Source of the DNA: Ramazzottius varieornatus
Lineage: Eukaryota; Animalia; Tardigrada
DNA: 64,000 bases
Direction of reading: 5' to 3'
Assembly (NCBI GenBank): GCA_001949185.1
Contig: BDGG01000002.1
Coordinates: forward strand, 310,001 to 374,000
Below the pieces are notes generated by a model that saw nothing but the letters and a program-made list of their open reading frames with translations, searched no databases and was not told the DNA's origin. The position numbers were made by a program, and so were the translations under genes. The stretch's first letter is position 1. Each line of letters opens with the position of its first letter. Positions 38,591 to 51,216 of the stretch are shown here, piece after piece.

Positions 38591-39973
38591 ATGTACCTGC
38601 CAGCGTTCGGACTTTCAATATGGATGATCGCTGCTTTCGGGATTGTAAGCAGCCTGCTTGGTCGGTGTCGGGCCTATTGGTCGCCTACCAAATTGTTCAA
38701 CTCCTTGATGGAAGGATATGACCGAGAAGAATGGCCCACCTTCAACGGTAAGTGCAGCTGGCGTCTTCCTTGCAGTGGGTTCGATCCATGCCATACAAAG
38801 TCTACTTTGCCCATGCACGCGCAGTCAGCGGCCTTCCCACCTTGGTCAAAGTGCAAGTGGACATTCTGGCCATTGCAACGCCAACGCTGTGCAACACGGT
38901 ACGTAGCCCTGGCAGTCTTGGAGCTGTAGATAGATAGTCCAAGTCCGATCACCCGGTTGGAGTATTTGTAGGACTACACCATCCGCTTTTTGCTGGTGCA
39001 GCAATGGCTGGATCCGCGCCTGGCCTATACAGTGGACAACGGCACGCGGCCTTTGGAGCTGCACCGCCTGGACAATATCGAACGAATGTGGCTACCTGAC
39101 ACCTACATGGTCAACGCCAAACTAGGTACGGCATCACAAAAAGATACGACTAGCAAAAGCCTCATAGTTTTGCAGACATTTTAGCTGGCTTGCAAAAGAA
39201 AATGATCGAGGTTTAGTCTATTAATGGCACCAACTGTCCTGGACAAACTATGGTCTAATCCAAATCCTTAACAGCATTCTGGTACGATGTCACCGTGCCT
39301 CAACGCTACGTCCAGATCAGGCCCGATGGTCTGGTCACTTACGCCGCTCGGTACGTACCCAAGCTCAAGGCCTTGCCAACTCTGGCTGTCGAGCGTGGCT
39401 GGTGCTGTAGATACAGTCCGTTTGTAGGGTGACGGCCAACTTGATCTGCCGATCAGTGCTCTTTCCACTTCCGTCGCCCGAAACCCTGTGCGAAGTCCAT
39501 CTGGCCAGTTGTAAGTCTCTCTTCTAGTACAAGGTCCAGCATACAGCACAAGCCTTCCTTTCTTGACGTTGCTTGTTGTCTAGTCGGCTACACAGCGGAC
39601 AAGGTTCAGCTACAGTGGCACTGGGAAGCCTGGCCAGTGGCCATTGTCGGCGACCTAGAACTACCCGACTACGTCGCATCTGCACCCAAACTGGTGGAAT
39701 GCCTCATGCCCCTTCCCATCGGTGAGCCGTACTGTAGCACCTCTTCTTTTTCATACATCGATGGCCGCTTTTCATACCCATCATTTCTCGGCAGGTCCCT
39801 TCTCGTGTCTCCGCACAAAGATCAAGTTCCGACAAATACCGCTGCCCGATGGCCTGACAAGCTCCTTTGGGACGGGTTTGACATGTGACCAGTTGGCGGC
39901 AGCCGCGGCGGCTGCCGCATCTGCCAGTTTCATCCCCAAAGACCAGACACCTTCTGCCGTCTGGAAAAAGTGA
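38591..39973 (+). CDS. Secreted Cys-loop extracellular-domain-only protein (AChBP-like architecture, paralog of copies A/B), 7 exons, 286 aa
   Basis: Exons 38591-38747, 38825-38898, 38972-39125, 39275-39350, 39428-39510, 39584-39721, 39795-39973 splice in frame (861 nt); signal peptide, LMEGYDREEWP, QQWLDPRL, WLPDTY, C-x13-C, WHWE, FSCLRTKIKFRQ, then a short tail and stop with no M1-M4. Confidence 0.85.
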
Positions 39974-40488
39974 TATCGCCACCTTTCACTTTACGCACTG
40001 TATCTACAATTCTGCCTTTAAAATTAATAGTTTACCAAGTCGCCATCGCAATGATGTAATTGAAACAAACACTGACTTTTTCCTACCAACTGTCCATGCC
40101 AGTTTCTGATATGGTTCAGTCCACCGGGGGTTCACAACTGCGTTCCGCAGACTGATCGTCTGACTTTGGTGTCGCTTTTGCAGTCCTTGTATAATGCATC
40201 TTACGGTGGTCACGTGATACTTGTTACCATTGATTAGTGTTAGGAGTCATGTGACCACCAGTAGGGTAGCATACGGCGCACTGTATGGATATTTCCGCTA
40301 AGACATCGGTGAGTGAAATGGCCTGTACTGTCGTCAGAGGCCACAGGCTTTTTCGGACAATGACACTGAGAAGGTACCGGATAACGTTAACAAGGACAGA
40401 GGAGCCTACAGAAATACTAATGACCATAGGAGTGAGTTAAAGTGGATGAACAGGACGGATGAGAATCGTCCACCAAGAGAAGCACCGC

Positions 40489-43400
40489 TTAGTGGACGAC
40501 GATAACGGTCTCGGTCGTCGAGTTGAGGCCTGCACCCAGGTCGTTGAGTCGCGGTAACAAGGCGTGGGTGGTGTCGTCCTCCAGCACTTCTTGTATCCTC
40601 ATGGCTCGGCTGGCCCGCCGCTTCAGCCGTTGCTCCTCGTCCATCTTGGCCAGGAAGTCGCGCGACATGTGCTGGACGATACCGCAGCCGATAACGTCAC
40701 CCAATATATTCACCGTCGTACGAATGCGATCCCTACGGAAGGAATTAATGTCTAACTGCCAACGCTAGGAGGGAAGACAAATCATCTTAGGAACAGTGCG
40801 GCGACTTACAAGAACCAGTCGATGGCAAGAATCATCGTCACGAATTTGGCATCCAAACCAACGGCATCGAGGACCATGACCATCGTCACCAACCCTGCTT
40901 GCGGTACCTACAAGCAGAGTAAGGTATACTGCTTCCATTCTATCAGAAAAAAACAATGGGCTTCTATCTGTACCCCAGCAGCTCCAATGGCGGCAGCCGT
41001 GGCAGTAACACTGAAAAGAAAGCATGTGCATTACAACAGCGCCACCTGCATGGATGAAGTCAGGTGCTTTGACTTGGTTAAGTGACTTGACCGATCAAAG
41101 CAGTGGGAGCTCGCTAAACCAAACGCGACGAGCCCGCATTTTTGAGTGGCGCACGCTTGCAGTCAATGACACTGGTAGCGCGCGCCACTTGGGGTAACCA
41201 TGAACAAAACAAGATTGTTTTTCCAAGTGGCGCGCCCCACCTGCCAATCACACCGAAAAGGTGCGTCACTTGGAAAATTAATCTCGTCGGGCTTGTTTGG
41301 CGGACTCCCATGTAACGAACGTCGCGGATGCAGACCTACTAGTAAAATTGTTACGAACGGCCTGAGCATACCTGACGGCGATGATTTTGCCAAAGTCCAT
41401 GGGGACATTCTGCGTTTGAGCGATGAAGAGACACGCAACGGCCTCGTAAAGTGCCGTTCCTGCAAGAGAGTGGACCAGGTGGTGGTAATGGAAGATGGAG
41501 TACCTCTGTTGCCCGTAATGAGGCCCGGCTACTCACCATCCATATTAATGGTCGATCCTGCAATAAAACCCCTGGCGTTACCTCATGACCAGCCACAACT
41601 CGCAACTTGATCAAGGGAAGATTAGCGTACCGATGGGAAGCACAAAGCGACTTATCCTGCAACAAGAGAATCCACTTTCAGCTCGTCAAACTACCACTAT
41701 GAAACGGAAAACGGCCTAATTACCCAGGCGCGGACCAACTAACCTGGGATCAACACCGTAGTCCTCCACGCACTGCATCGTCAAGGGAAGGGTGGCCGAG
41801 GAAGAGCTGGTGGCGAACCCAGTGGCAAAGGCTTGCAAACAAGCTCCAATTATCTTGAATGGGTTCTTCCGCGTGAAAGCCACGTAAATGAGCGGAAGGA
41901 CGATGAAGGCATGGATAAGTAGCCCAGTCTGCAACATACATACGAACAACTCTAACCATAAGCTGCTATTGTTTCTCAGTTGAAGCGGTAAAACTTATAA
42001 TAGCCCATCGGTCGCTGGGTCATAAGACGTACCAATACAGTCATGAAATACATTCCCAGCTGTTCCAGCATTGCTTTGAAGTCTTGCACTTTCAACACCT
42101 GACCCGCAACTAAGAAAGTGATACCAAGGGGAGCCAGCCTGAGGAAGAGACGTGACACCGGTGAAACAGAGGCCACATTTCTACAGCTGCCATCAAACAA
42201 CTTCTCCTCTTACCACATGATGGTGCCGACAATACTCATGGTAATCTCGTTCAGGGACTCGAAGAACAGCTTCATGGCTTTGCCCTTCTCGCCGAGCCGA
42301 CTAATCGTGATACCTGAAAAGCAACTGGCTTTCTCGAAGTACGACAAAATATGCATGTATATGGACCAGTCCAAAGTTGGGTAGGCCCAGGCTCACCAAA
42401 AATAATACTGAAGACAACCAGGCCCATAATGTTGATGCCGTCAATAGTCTTGCCGGTAATGATGAATTTACTGTAATCGGGTAACTCAGAGCGGTTGGCC
42501 GCTTCCGCCTGCATGAAGGAAACGTTGACACCTTCGGGGACTTTCAGCACCGTCTTGTACTGCTGGAAGGTCGCTCCAACTAAGTTTGGCGGAAACATGT
42601 TTCTGTGAGAGAACGCAGCAAGGTTAGACCGATGCACTGAAAAGCTGACAGCGAGGAGAGAAATCACCGTATCAGGTCCAGGAAGGTATCGGGTGTGGTT
42701 ATGGGCTCGTGAGAGGAAGCCGAAGCAGGCACAACAATCTGCGTGCCATTCGCGTAATACTGTTTCACGTCACCAGGCCTTATGACGCTGACCAGGATGA
42801 TACCCAGGATGACGGCCATGAAGGTCGTCGTGAAGTAATAGACGACGGCTCGAAGGCCGATCTTGCCGCTGGTCGCCGATTCAAGGGCGGCCAGACCGGC
42901 CACCAGCGATGAGACGATTAACGGTAGAATGACAATCTTCAACATATTCAGAAAGATGTCTCCCACAAATGAGACATACATAACTTTGCGCGGATCCTCG
43001 TGGAAACCATGTGCTCGAAGGCCAAATCCCAAAGCTACAAAGAAAGCAGGCCAGATGAACCAAAGGCGCTCAACCAAGCGCATTCTACGTTGTACTCTGA
43101 AACTCGCGAATTTCAACGTGTTGCTCTGGCAGAAAGCGCGCCACTTGTCCGAGTCGGCTGTTCTTTAGAGAAGTGGCGCGACGTCAAACTCATTTTACTA
43201 CAGACGTGCGCCACCCCATCTGCGGCATTTATTTATTCTCACGGTGATCTTTCTTGAATTTTTGATTGAGTGTGATGTGTTGGTCGACACGCTATCTTGA
43301 CACGTAGAGCAATACGAAGAAATGGGAGAGCTGCAATCAATTTGTCAACACTCAGCGTCTGTTACAGCCACCCCAGATGATGTTGAATTATTCTCTGCTG

Positions 43401-45710
43401 GTTGCGATATTGCCAACAAATTTCGGCTGTGTGTCCAGAAATAACCCATGCATCCCTGCGTGTTTCAAAAAACAGTGGGTAATCCCAGCGTGACATTTTT
43501 TGCGGCTCGATATGCGGCAATGTTTAAGGCATCAAATAAACCATGACTATCTGGGACGGAATGTCTCCCTGTCAGTCTTAGTTCCCGAAATGGACGCTCG
43601 TATGTTTCCTTATTTTTTCAATATGACACTTTGCGTACATAATTAGGCCAACATGGCCCGATCCATTTTAGCGATAGTGTCGAACGACAGGATCTCTTGC
43701 TCGTTTGGGCAAAAGTCATAATGGCGGGCAAAACGACTTTGTAATCGATAGGGCCTTCCTCGGGAAAATTAAATGTGTATAAGCTCTCTGCAGCGACATT
43801 CTTCCAGCACATCAACCTCCACGATGGTTTGCCGACGGAAGCACCCGACCATCAAACCTCAACTGACGGCGCTAAATCCCTGCAGAATGTACACAAATCT
43901 TTATGGGCGGTGATTGTATGTCAAGGGAGATTAGCCAGTATTAAACGCGACACATGAATGACTTCTTATAATGTCTTTTTCAATATCAAAAGCCACCACA
44001 TTTGGGTCGCGCATGCCTCTGTCAACGTTCGGCTCGGTCTGAGCCAGAGTCAACATCGAGTAAGGCACTAAACAGCCGGAAAAACCTTCTGGTATTTTCT
44101 CAGGACCAAACATTGTCCATCAAGAGTTTGACTTCCCCACACGTTTTCATAGCGGTCTGTTCACCTCGGACGGACATGACAGATGATACTTGTCAAGAGC
44201 GTGCCCCGTACAATACGCGCCGATGTTTGTCGCGGGAAAACCTCTCTTAGGCTGGACAAAGGCAAGCCGTAAAACTTGTAGATAAACGCCGGGCTTCGAC
44301 GGAAGGAAACAATCTCAGCGAACAGCGTGACGTCCGGGCTATTCATTCCATGGAACGGTTGGTATGACAAAGATTTCCGTTCCGCAGTTGGTTGATCACC
44401 GAGAGCTACTTGATACCACTCGACAGAAAATCCAGGCACCAAAACCATATCAGCAGGAAATATTGGGTCTACGGATATGCTGCGCGCTAAATCCTACAGT
44501 ACAGTACAGCCGAGATTTCGTGCTTGCGGACATATATAAGGAATTCGTCGGTTTCACGGTATTTTTCTGCTAGTCAGCAACAACTCGCGCGTGGTTCTAG
44601 ACAGGGGACCTTTAATAGTAACGTAAAGGTATAGTTGGTGGAAAATCAACGTTTCATTTGACAAGAGAAAGATTTGTGAAGAAGGGTATAGGTAAACATC
44701 GTGGAACCTTGCAGTCATTGTATCTTTCACTGCAAGGACTTTTTGGTTTACTTAGCAATCACAACGACAACACAAGCCGCCACTGTGGTCAGCTACTCTC
44801 GATAAGCCACTTGAGGGCTCCTATAAACCTCGTTTAGCCCTATTAGCTGCTCTCGCGACAGTTCTTCGCTAGATAAGCAGTTTGGTGTGTGGTAGCCGGC
44901 TAAACAGGCAGACATTGGTCCACGCCAGCACCTTCTCTCGGCATTTTTCCGCCGCAACTTGGTTATATTAAAACTAACTATTAGAACGTCGGCGCCTTTC
45001 TCTAAAGCACTGTTCGAACTCTCAGCGGCAAAAGTGATATGCACTGAAACAAAAGAGCAAACTAATCGTAATTTTGGCTGTTCTTACTTGCGCATAGGCC
45101 GCGATTTTCGAGGTTCTCACTGAACCTCGGAGTAATGGCGAACTTGTTCAACAACAGCTGCAGCTGAAGGTTCGCCGAAGCGTAAATAACCAGCTTTCCA
45201 CTAGTCCTCCTTAACTTGTCACTTCATTTTGTGCTAATTGACTCGTTAAAGCGGACCAGCAACTCAAAACTGCATCACATCAGTTCAATTAAAAACCTAT
45301 GCCCATCAGTTATGCGTGCCGACTGTCAAAACAAGAAGCCGCGTCAAGCCTTGAACAATCCTTCACATGCAATTACGCCTTTCTTGTTTTCGGGCAGTCG
45401 ACCTGCCGTAATCTTTAACAATACTCGGCGAACTTTCACAAAATTTGAGGAAGATGCGCTTACCGGTTCCGGCGAAGATGGCGACGATGAGGAGTAATAC
45501 TTTGAGGTTGGCTCGTAGAGCTCCGAACCAGCAGTCTTTGGTGCAGCCATTCTGCAGTCTCTTGGGTAGGCTTCTGATATACTGGGCAGGCGACTGGCGA
45601 ATGCGCGGATCATGAGGTTCCACATCCTTGGAATGCAACTCCAGTACTTCCCCCACCGGTTCGTCGGTGTCAAAGTGCGTGGCTTTATTGTTCAGATGAG
45701 CCATGGTCAA
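40489..45710 (-). CDS. Excitatory amino acid transporter (SLC1/EAAT family)
   Basis: [97 protein letters not shown] (TM8 Arg typical of acidic-substrate transporters). Confidence 0.95.
41144..41271. repeat. Doublet of the palindromic element (period 81 bp)
   Basis: Arms start at 41144/41181 and 41225/41262; 27-bp spacers with TCAAT/CCAAT at positions 10-14; EAAT intron. Confidence 0.85.
43137..43216. repeat. Palindromic element (one pair plus an extra arm)
   Basis: CGCGCCACTT at 43137; AAGTGGCGCG 43171 -N26- TGCGCCACCC 43207; EAAT intron 1. Confidence 0.7.
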
Positions 45711-47809
45711 GCTTGCCTACCTGCTGCAGCTTCCACAATGATTCCACCGAGGTTTTTCTCACCGCGATTCTCAATAAAAGATACCCAACACAAGTGCAAA
45801 GCGTGACATTTGTAACAACAAAAGTAAGACACCCGACGCGGCGCAAACTACCGACAACACGCTGTGCCTGAATAAAAAAGCGCTGTGTAAACGGCTCAAC
45901 TATATTTTTTCTACGCGTGGTCGCTTCGAGTGACATTTTCTCCTCTGAAGTTGTGCGCCAAAATACCCTAAGTCTCGAGCTTGGTTCGTACTGTACGAGC
46001 TGATTTGAGTGCAGCAGATATGTCAAACCGCGTGCCAGTACTCGTTGCTTGTCTGGAACCAAGTGTTGAAGCCTTACCCAAAGCAAAAGATGATTTGATG
46101 AGAGATACCGCTGAGTGCATGCAATAACGTTGCACTTTGTACGGCGACCTGATCTCTTCTTGTTTAACCACCAGCTATCATCGCCAATATAAAACGAGAC
46201 AGTTTTCAGAGCCTGGGTGCGACCTGCGTTCCACGTTCGGTCTCATCAGCCGACTGGTTTCATTCAGCAGAGCATGACTATACTCACAATGTCGACCAGC
46301 CAATAAAACACGTTGAGAATCGCTACTCAGCACCTTCTCCGTTCTACTCCGCTGCATCAGAAAAGAAAATTCCCCACATCTTATATGGAAATATTGGGTT
46401 CCCGATTCATTCTGACGATACCATAGTTTTGCACAGCTGGACTCGCATCGATGATCAGCTATAACTTGAACAGTTATGCAAACACTTTACACTACACACA
46501 CGATGAGAAATTATGCGACAGGCTTTTTCGCTACGGCGGTACGGAAGCACGTACGTACTCTTTTTCGACGCTTCTCTACGGTTGATTTTCCATTTTGCCG
46601 TCCTTCTCGCCTGTTCGATAATTTCATCGTACGTGTACAGTACTGTCTCTACCACAATGGTGACAACCTCGGTATTTTCCCCGTAAAACTTCTTGATCAG
46701 CAGGGAAAATCAGCTTGTCTGTTATAGACGTGATTTCCTCCAGTGATTTTCCCCGAAAAATGTACCGGCTGGAAAATAGGAACCTCTATTTGGGCTGTAA
46801 CGAAGACTTTCGTACTTTGGCACTCTAAAGCAAGACCCGGGACTAGCGCACGGGAGAAGCCAACACGTTGCGCGCAGATCGGCAAACTAAGTGCTACAGC
46901 CTAAAGCCAGTACTGCAAACAACGCGTCAGTCGAATTATTTAATGAAGTGCTGAATGGAATGGCCAACCACCGGCGGTAACGCATTCCTCAAATTTGTTC
47001 CGCACAGCGTGGGTCCGACACGTTAAGAATTTAAATCTCCAATGCAAAATTGCGAATTTGCCTCACAAATTACCCAGCCAGCTGGACTTCTTGGCAGTTG
47101 CACACTGTCGGTAAAGAACGCCAGCGAACCATGCTTCGGTACAGTGGAAGAAATTTCTCTTGGACAACCTAAAATCACCGCCTGTGGAAAAGTTCGCCCC
47201 TAGGCCACGCGGTACTGACTCGACACACACTCGAAATAAACTCTAATAACGGACGGAAACATTACTTTCGGAACGAAGTGTTTGGATTTACTGCATGAAA
47301 GCAGCAAACTGAGCGAACTTTCCACAGATTTGACAATAATGATTAATGAATCAGCGTCCGCAGCAACGTCATCGTGGATGAGTTGGTCAAACCAGTGGGC
47401 TGGCTAAAGTACACAAGTCCAAGTACTAGTACTGCCAACACCGAGTACGTCGCCAGCCCTTTTGAGTAAGCCAGTGACGCGTGACGATCAGCTGTTCCAG
47501 TGACGTGACAACAAAACACTTGGCAAACAAGCACATCGCAGCATTCTCCACAAGAAAAACGACCGCGGTTTCCTCCGATTATCACGTCGATCACCACTGA
47601 CTCCAACATTTCTTATTAAATACAGACCACACTTGCGTGTTTCCGGCCGACCCTGCAAGTTACGGTTCAGCACAGGACGGCTATTTCGAGCTGAGCATCC
47701 ACACCGGACTATCTGTGTTATCCACTCTTTCTGACGTCAAGGCGGCCTCTTCCGGACGGAATCTTATTCCGCTTCATCAAGCGCGAAACGGAGAGATCAT
47801 TTAGCCGAT

Positions 47810-48199
47810 ATGAGCCTGTACGTCAATAGCCTCCTCGTTATCCTCGCAGCATGTGCCTGGACGGAAAGTCAGGCCAGCCAGGACGCGGCGCCCGGATTCC
47901 GCTGTCAGTTCCACGTGGAAGCCAACACGGGCGAAACTTGCGAGAGAATTGCCACTGAACGCGGTGTCAGTATCTCCGAGATTAAGAAATGGAATACGGA
48001 CTGCTCAAGCATCAGACTAGGTGATCCTGTTTGTGTTCTGGCTGTAGATATGCCGACGAGTGGCAGGGAGTCGGGAAGGGGAGGCTTGACACCAGCGCGT
48101 TCGGGCAGTGACGATTCCACCGGAAGTGGCATGTCACGGGGAAGTGGAGATCGTCATGATCACAAAGAAACCATCGTCCGCGACGCCCGACCAACTTAA
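47810..48199 (+). CDS. Small secreted LysM-domain protein
   Basis: Signal MSLYVNSLLVILAACAWTESQA; C...GETCERIATERGVSISEIKKWNTDCSSIRLGDPVCV LysM pattern; Gly/Ser-rich tail; single ORF. Confidence 0.8.
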   Translation: MSLYVNSLLVILAACAWTESQASQDAAPGFRCQFHVEANTGETCERIATERGVSISEIKKWNTDCSSIRLGDPVCVLAVDMPTSGRESGRGGLTPARSGSDDSTGSGMSRGSGDRHDHKETIVRDARPT

Positions 48200-49147
48200 C
48201 TTCTTTTCAGCTCACCACCTTGCCTTTCTCTTCCCGTAATACTCGGCAAAAAAGTACCTGTACGAACATTTTGGCATACCTGAAAGGGTTTCCTTTCCGT
48301 GGTCACAAGCCGACAAGCTGTACGATCGGTGCTTCTTTCCCTAATCGATGCGTTTCCTTTCCGCGAAGGTTCTTTCCTGTCCACAAATTCTTTCTTGTCC
48401 ACAAACGAAATATAAAACTGACGATGAATACTCATGATGTTCTTCCGTTCATAAAATGGTTCGGAAGTCGGCTCTTGTGTTCCGAAGAGACACGACTAAC
48501 CCGGTGCGAAGCGGTAAATGCGGCTGTGGCGAGCATGCGAAGCGGATCCGTCTGTATACGTCATGCACGTGTTTTAAGTTCGTACGGCCCCACCGATTCT
48601 TGTCTCTTTCCCACAAACTCACGTGCGGTTGGTTTTGCATGACCGAATACCACACCTTCTACGTCAGAACGGGACCATGTCGATGCATAGCGTCCCATGA
48701 GTGGTTTCTGCTATGGCTGTCCCTACAGATTATGGCCGTTATGCGCATCTTTCCTTGCAGTAAATGAGCCAGCCGAACTGGAGAGAGGTGCGTTGCGTCA
48801 TAGATTCCGATGTTGTGCTTTTCATCATCAGCTTTCTGTTGGCCTCCCTTGACTTCGTTCGTTTCTGCTCTTTCTCGTCGGATGTTGTTTCGCTCTGCCC
48901 TCCCTGAATCTTCTTCCTACAAATCTAGACATCTCCGTGGAATCCTCTCATCCACGAAGACGTGCGTGCTTGCATCCCGCTTCGCGGTAAGTCAGCCACT
49001 TCTTAGTTGCGGTCCGACGGAGTGACTCTATCATGGCTCAGTTGCAGTGCGCACACGAGTGATACGATCATTTCCGTGTTTGTTTGCGCAGGTATCGCTG
49101 CCCGGACTTCAAGGCATCCATCGCTGAACGTCGGACCAGAGAAGAGC

Positions 49148-51216
49148 ATGGCTTCAGGTGCAGAATCGGACACAGAAGATCTCCTGCCCGGAGCTCCGTT
49201 CAGACCAAGGGCTGGCAAGAAGAGAGAGTCAACGATGGACTGCCTGAACCGAATCATTCCCCCGAAGCAAGCAAGTACCAAGCACACAGACACTCGATCC
49301 TTGAAGGTGTATGGTAAGCAGCTCAAGGAGAACCCTACTGCTTTACAGTCCTTTGGGATGGTTCGTAAGGGTGAGGAAATCAAACGAGTGGAAGCTGTTG
49401 CTCCAGACGTTCCTTCCGCTCTGATTTCTCCCCCGAAATTCTTGAACTGGTTCCAGCGGGAAGCTTTGAAAGTAAGTGATGAATATTTTCTTTGGTCACT
49501 CTTACGTCTCGTCTCCATGGAGGGACTTCTGGTTGGATTTGAGTATTATATTGTTGATTTCCAGAGAGAGAAAGAGAAGGCTTTGAAGGAGCCATCCACT
49601 TCGCCTCTTCAACGTCCGCTGTCGACAACCTTCATGGACCAAGACGATCGGGACATCCACGGGAACGGTGGAGGACGAGTTGGTAGTCCCGCAGTGGAAG
49701 ACGAGGAGGTGGTCGATGCGGATGTGATCGAGCAATTGAGTCAGCTGGCGGTGGATCCTCGCGCAAGTCCTGATTTCACGTCCTCTGACACCTTTCAACA
49801 GTTACTTTCTTCTGCTGGTCAGATGTCAAGTGTTGGAGTCTCTTTCCAGACTGCTATCACCGATTCAGTGAAAAACGAGGTTGAAATTTCACACGTGCCA
49901 ACAATGCCGTAATTTTACGAATGTTCTATTCGGGTTTTCCTTCCTTCCAGACGCCTTTTTCTTCACTGAAATTCATGCTGGCCATGCGCCAGAAAGTGAC
50001 GATCTTTTTCCACAACTTATCTCCGGACGTCCAAGCTGCAAATATCGAGGTAGGCACTGGTTATCTTCCCGTTCTTTGCCTCCACCATGATTTTTCTTCA
50101 TGGGAATCCGTCACAGTTTCGAAGTTTAGCTTTGTGCGCCACTTGATCGGGGCGGCTAACAGTCTGTAATTTTTCGCCCATGGACGTTTGATAGACGTGG
50201 GTTATCAGTCGTGACTCATGAGTTATTTCCCTGATGGAATGCTTGTATCGTTTGTAGGCGTTGGTTGAGAAGTTTGGCACATACTTCAACTGCCAAATTC
50301 TGATGGATGTGGACGAGAAGGGCAAAGAGGTGCCGACCGGATACGCCGTCATTGACGTGCTCAGCATGGAAGCAGCGGAACGAATCATCCGCCAAGTCCA
50401 CCTTCGCCATCAACTCTTCGGTAACGGGTTTCATCTACTTTTCCCTAGCTGCTGAAAAATTTTGATTCGAAAGGCCTGATTCCTCAAATAGTATCCTTCC
50501 TGGAAACCTGAAGAATTACCAGAAATATCAGTAGAACATGAAAAGGTAAAATGGGACTCTACGAGATCGTTGTCGCAAGTGGCGCACGCTGTCAGCCAAT
50601 ACCAGTCAACACGTGCGCCACTTGGGAATTCGAGATTGTTTGCTGAGCTCGTAAACGCACTAAAATCGGACTCAAGATCAAATTCTGTAGTGTTTTCTTG
50701 GATTGTAAATTTCACCAGCCTGGATATGACTTTCATCTGTCCCTGTGTGATTTGGCAGGTCGTCCTGTCAGCGTCGGAATGGAACGCAACAGCGTGACGG
50801 AAGGACGCTCGGCGCCGCCGCTTGACGAGACGATCAGTCCAGCTTGTGTCGCCGTCACGTTCCCCGCACATGAACAGCGAGCTGCGGTCAAGTCCCAAGC
50901 TTGTTCACAGCACTCTCCTCCTCGGCGACCGGAATTGATGACTGCGGCTGCTCCACAAACTTACGCAGAAGCTCCTGGCCGAGTCCTGAAGTCTTCCGAG
51001 GCCGCCAACCGTCCAGCTGCAGCAGTCGTACCGGAAGTAAAGGCAGCGCGCCAAAAGATCCCCTTGGCCTCTGGAGCAGGTGAGGTTCGTAAATGTTACG
51101 ACGACCGGAATAGAATAAAGATGACACATGACGATATGGACCGAGATCTGGACATTTATCGAAATAGGGTCGGTGAAGAACGACGACCGTTTACTCCTCG
51201 CGTCTCTCAATATTAA
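49148..51216 (+). CDS. RRM-domain RNA-binding protein (multi-exon)
   Basis: RNP2-like IFFHNLSPDV, ALVEKFG, RNP1-like TGYAVIDV, EAAERII...LFGRPVSV; low-complexity flanks. Confidence 0.7.
50577..50623. repeat. Palindromic element AAGTGGCGCA-N27-TGCGCCACTT
   Basis: Perfect arms; CCAAT at spacer positions 10-14; RRM gene intron. Confidence 0.85.

Noticed and set aside
38591-39973. Third Cys-loop copy as a simple pseudogene
   Set aside because: No frameshift or internal stop across 7 exons, all splice sites intact, changes concentrated at membrane-facing loops; not fully excluded without expression data
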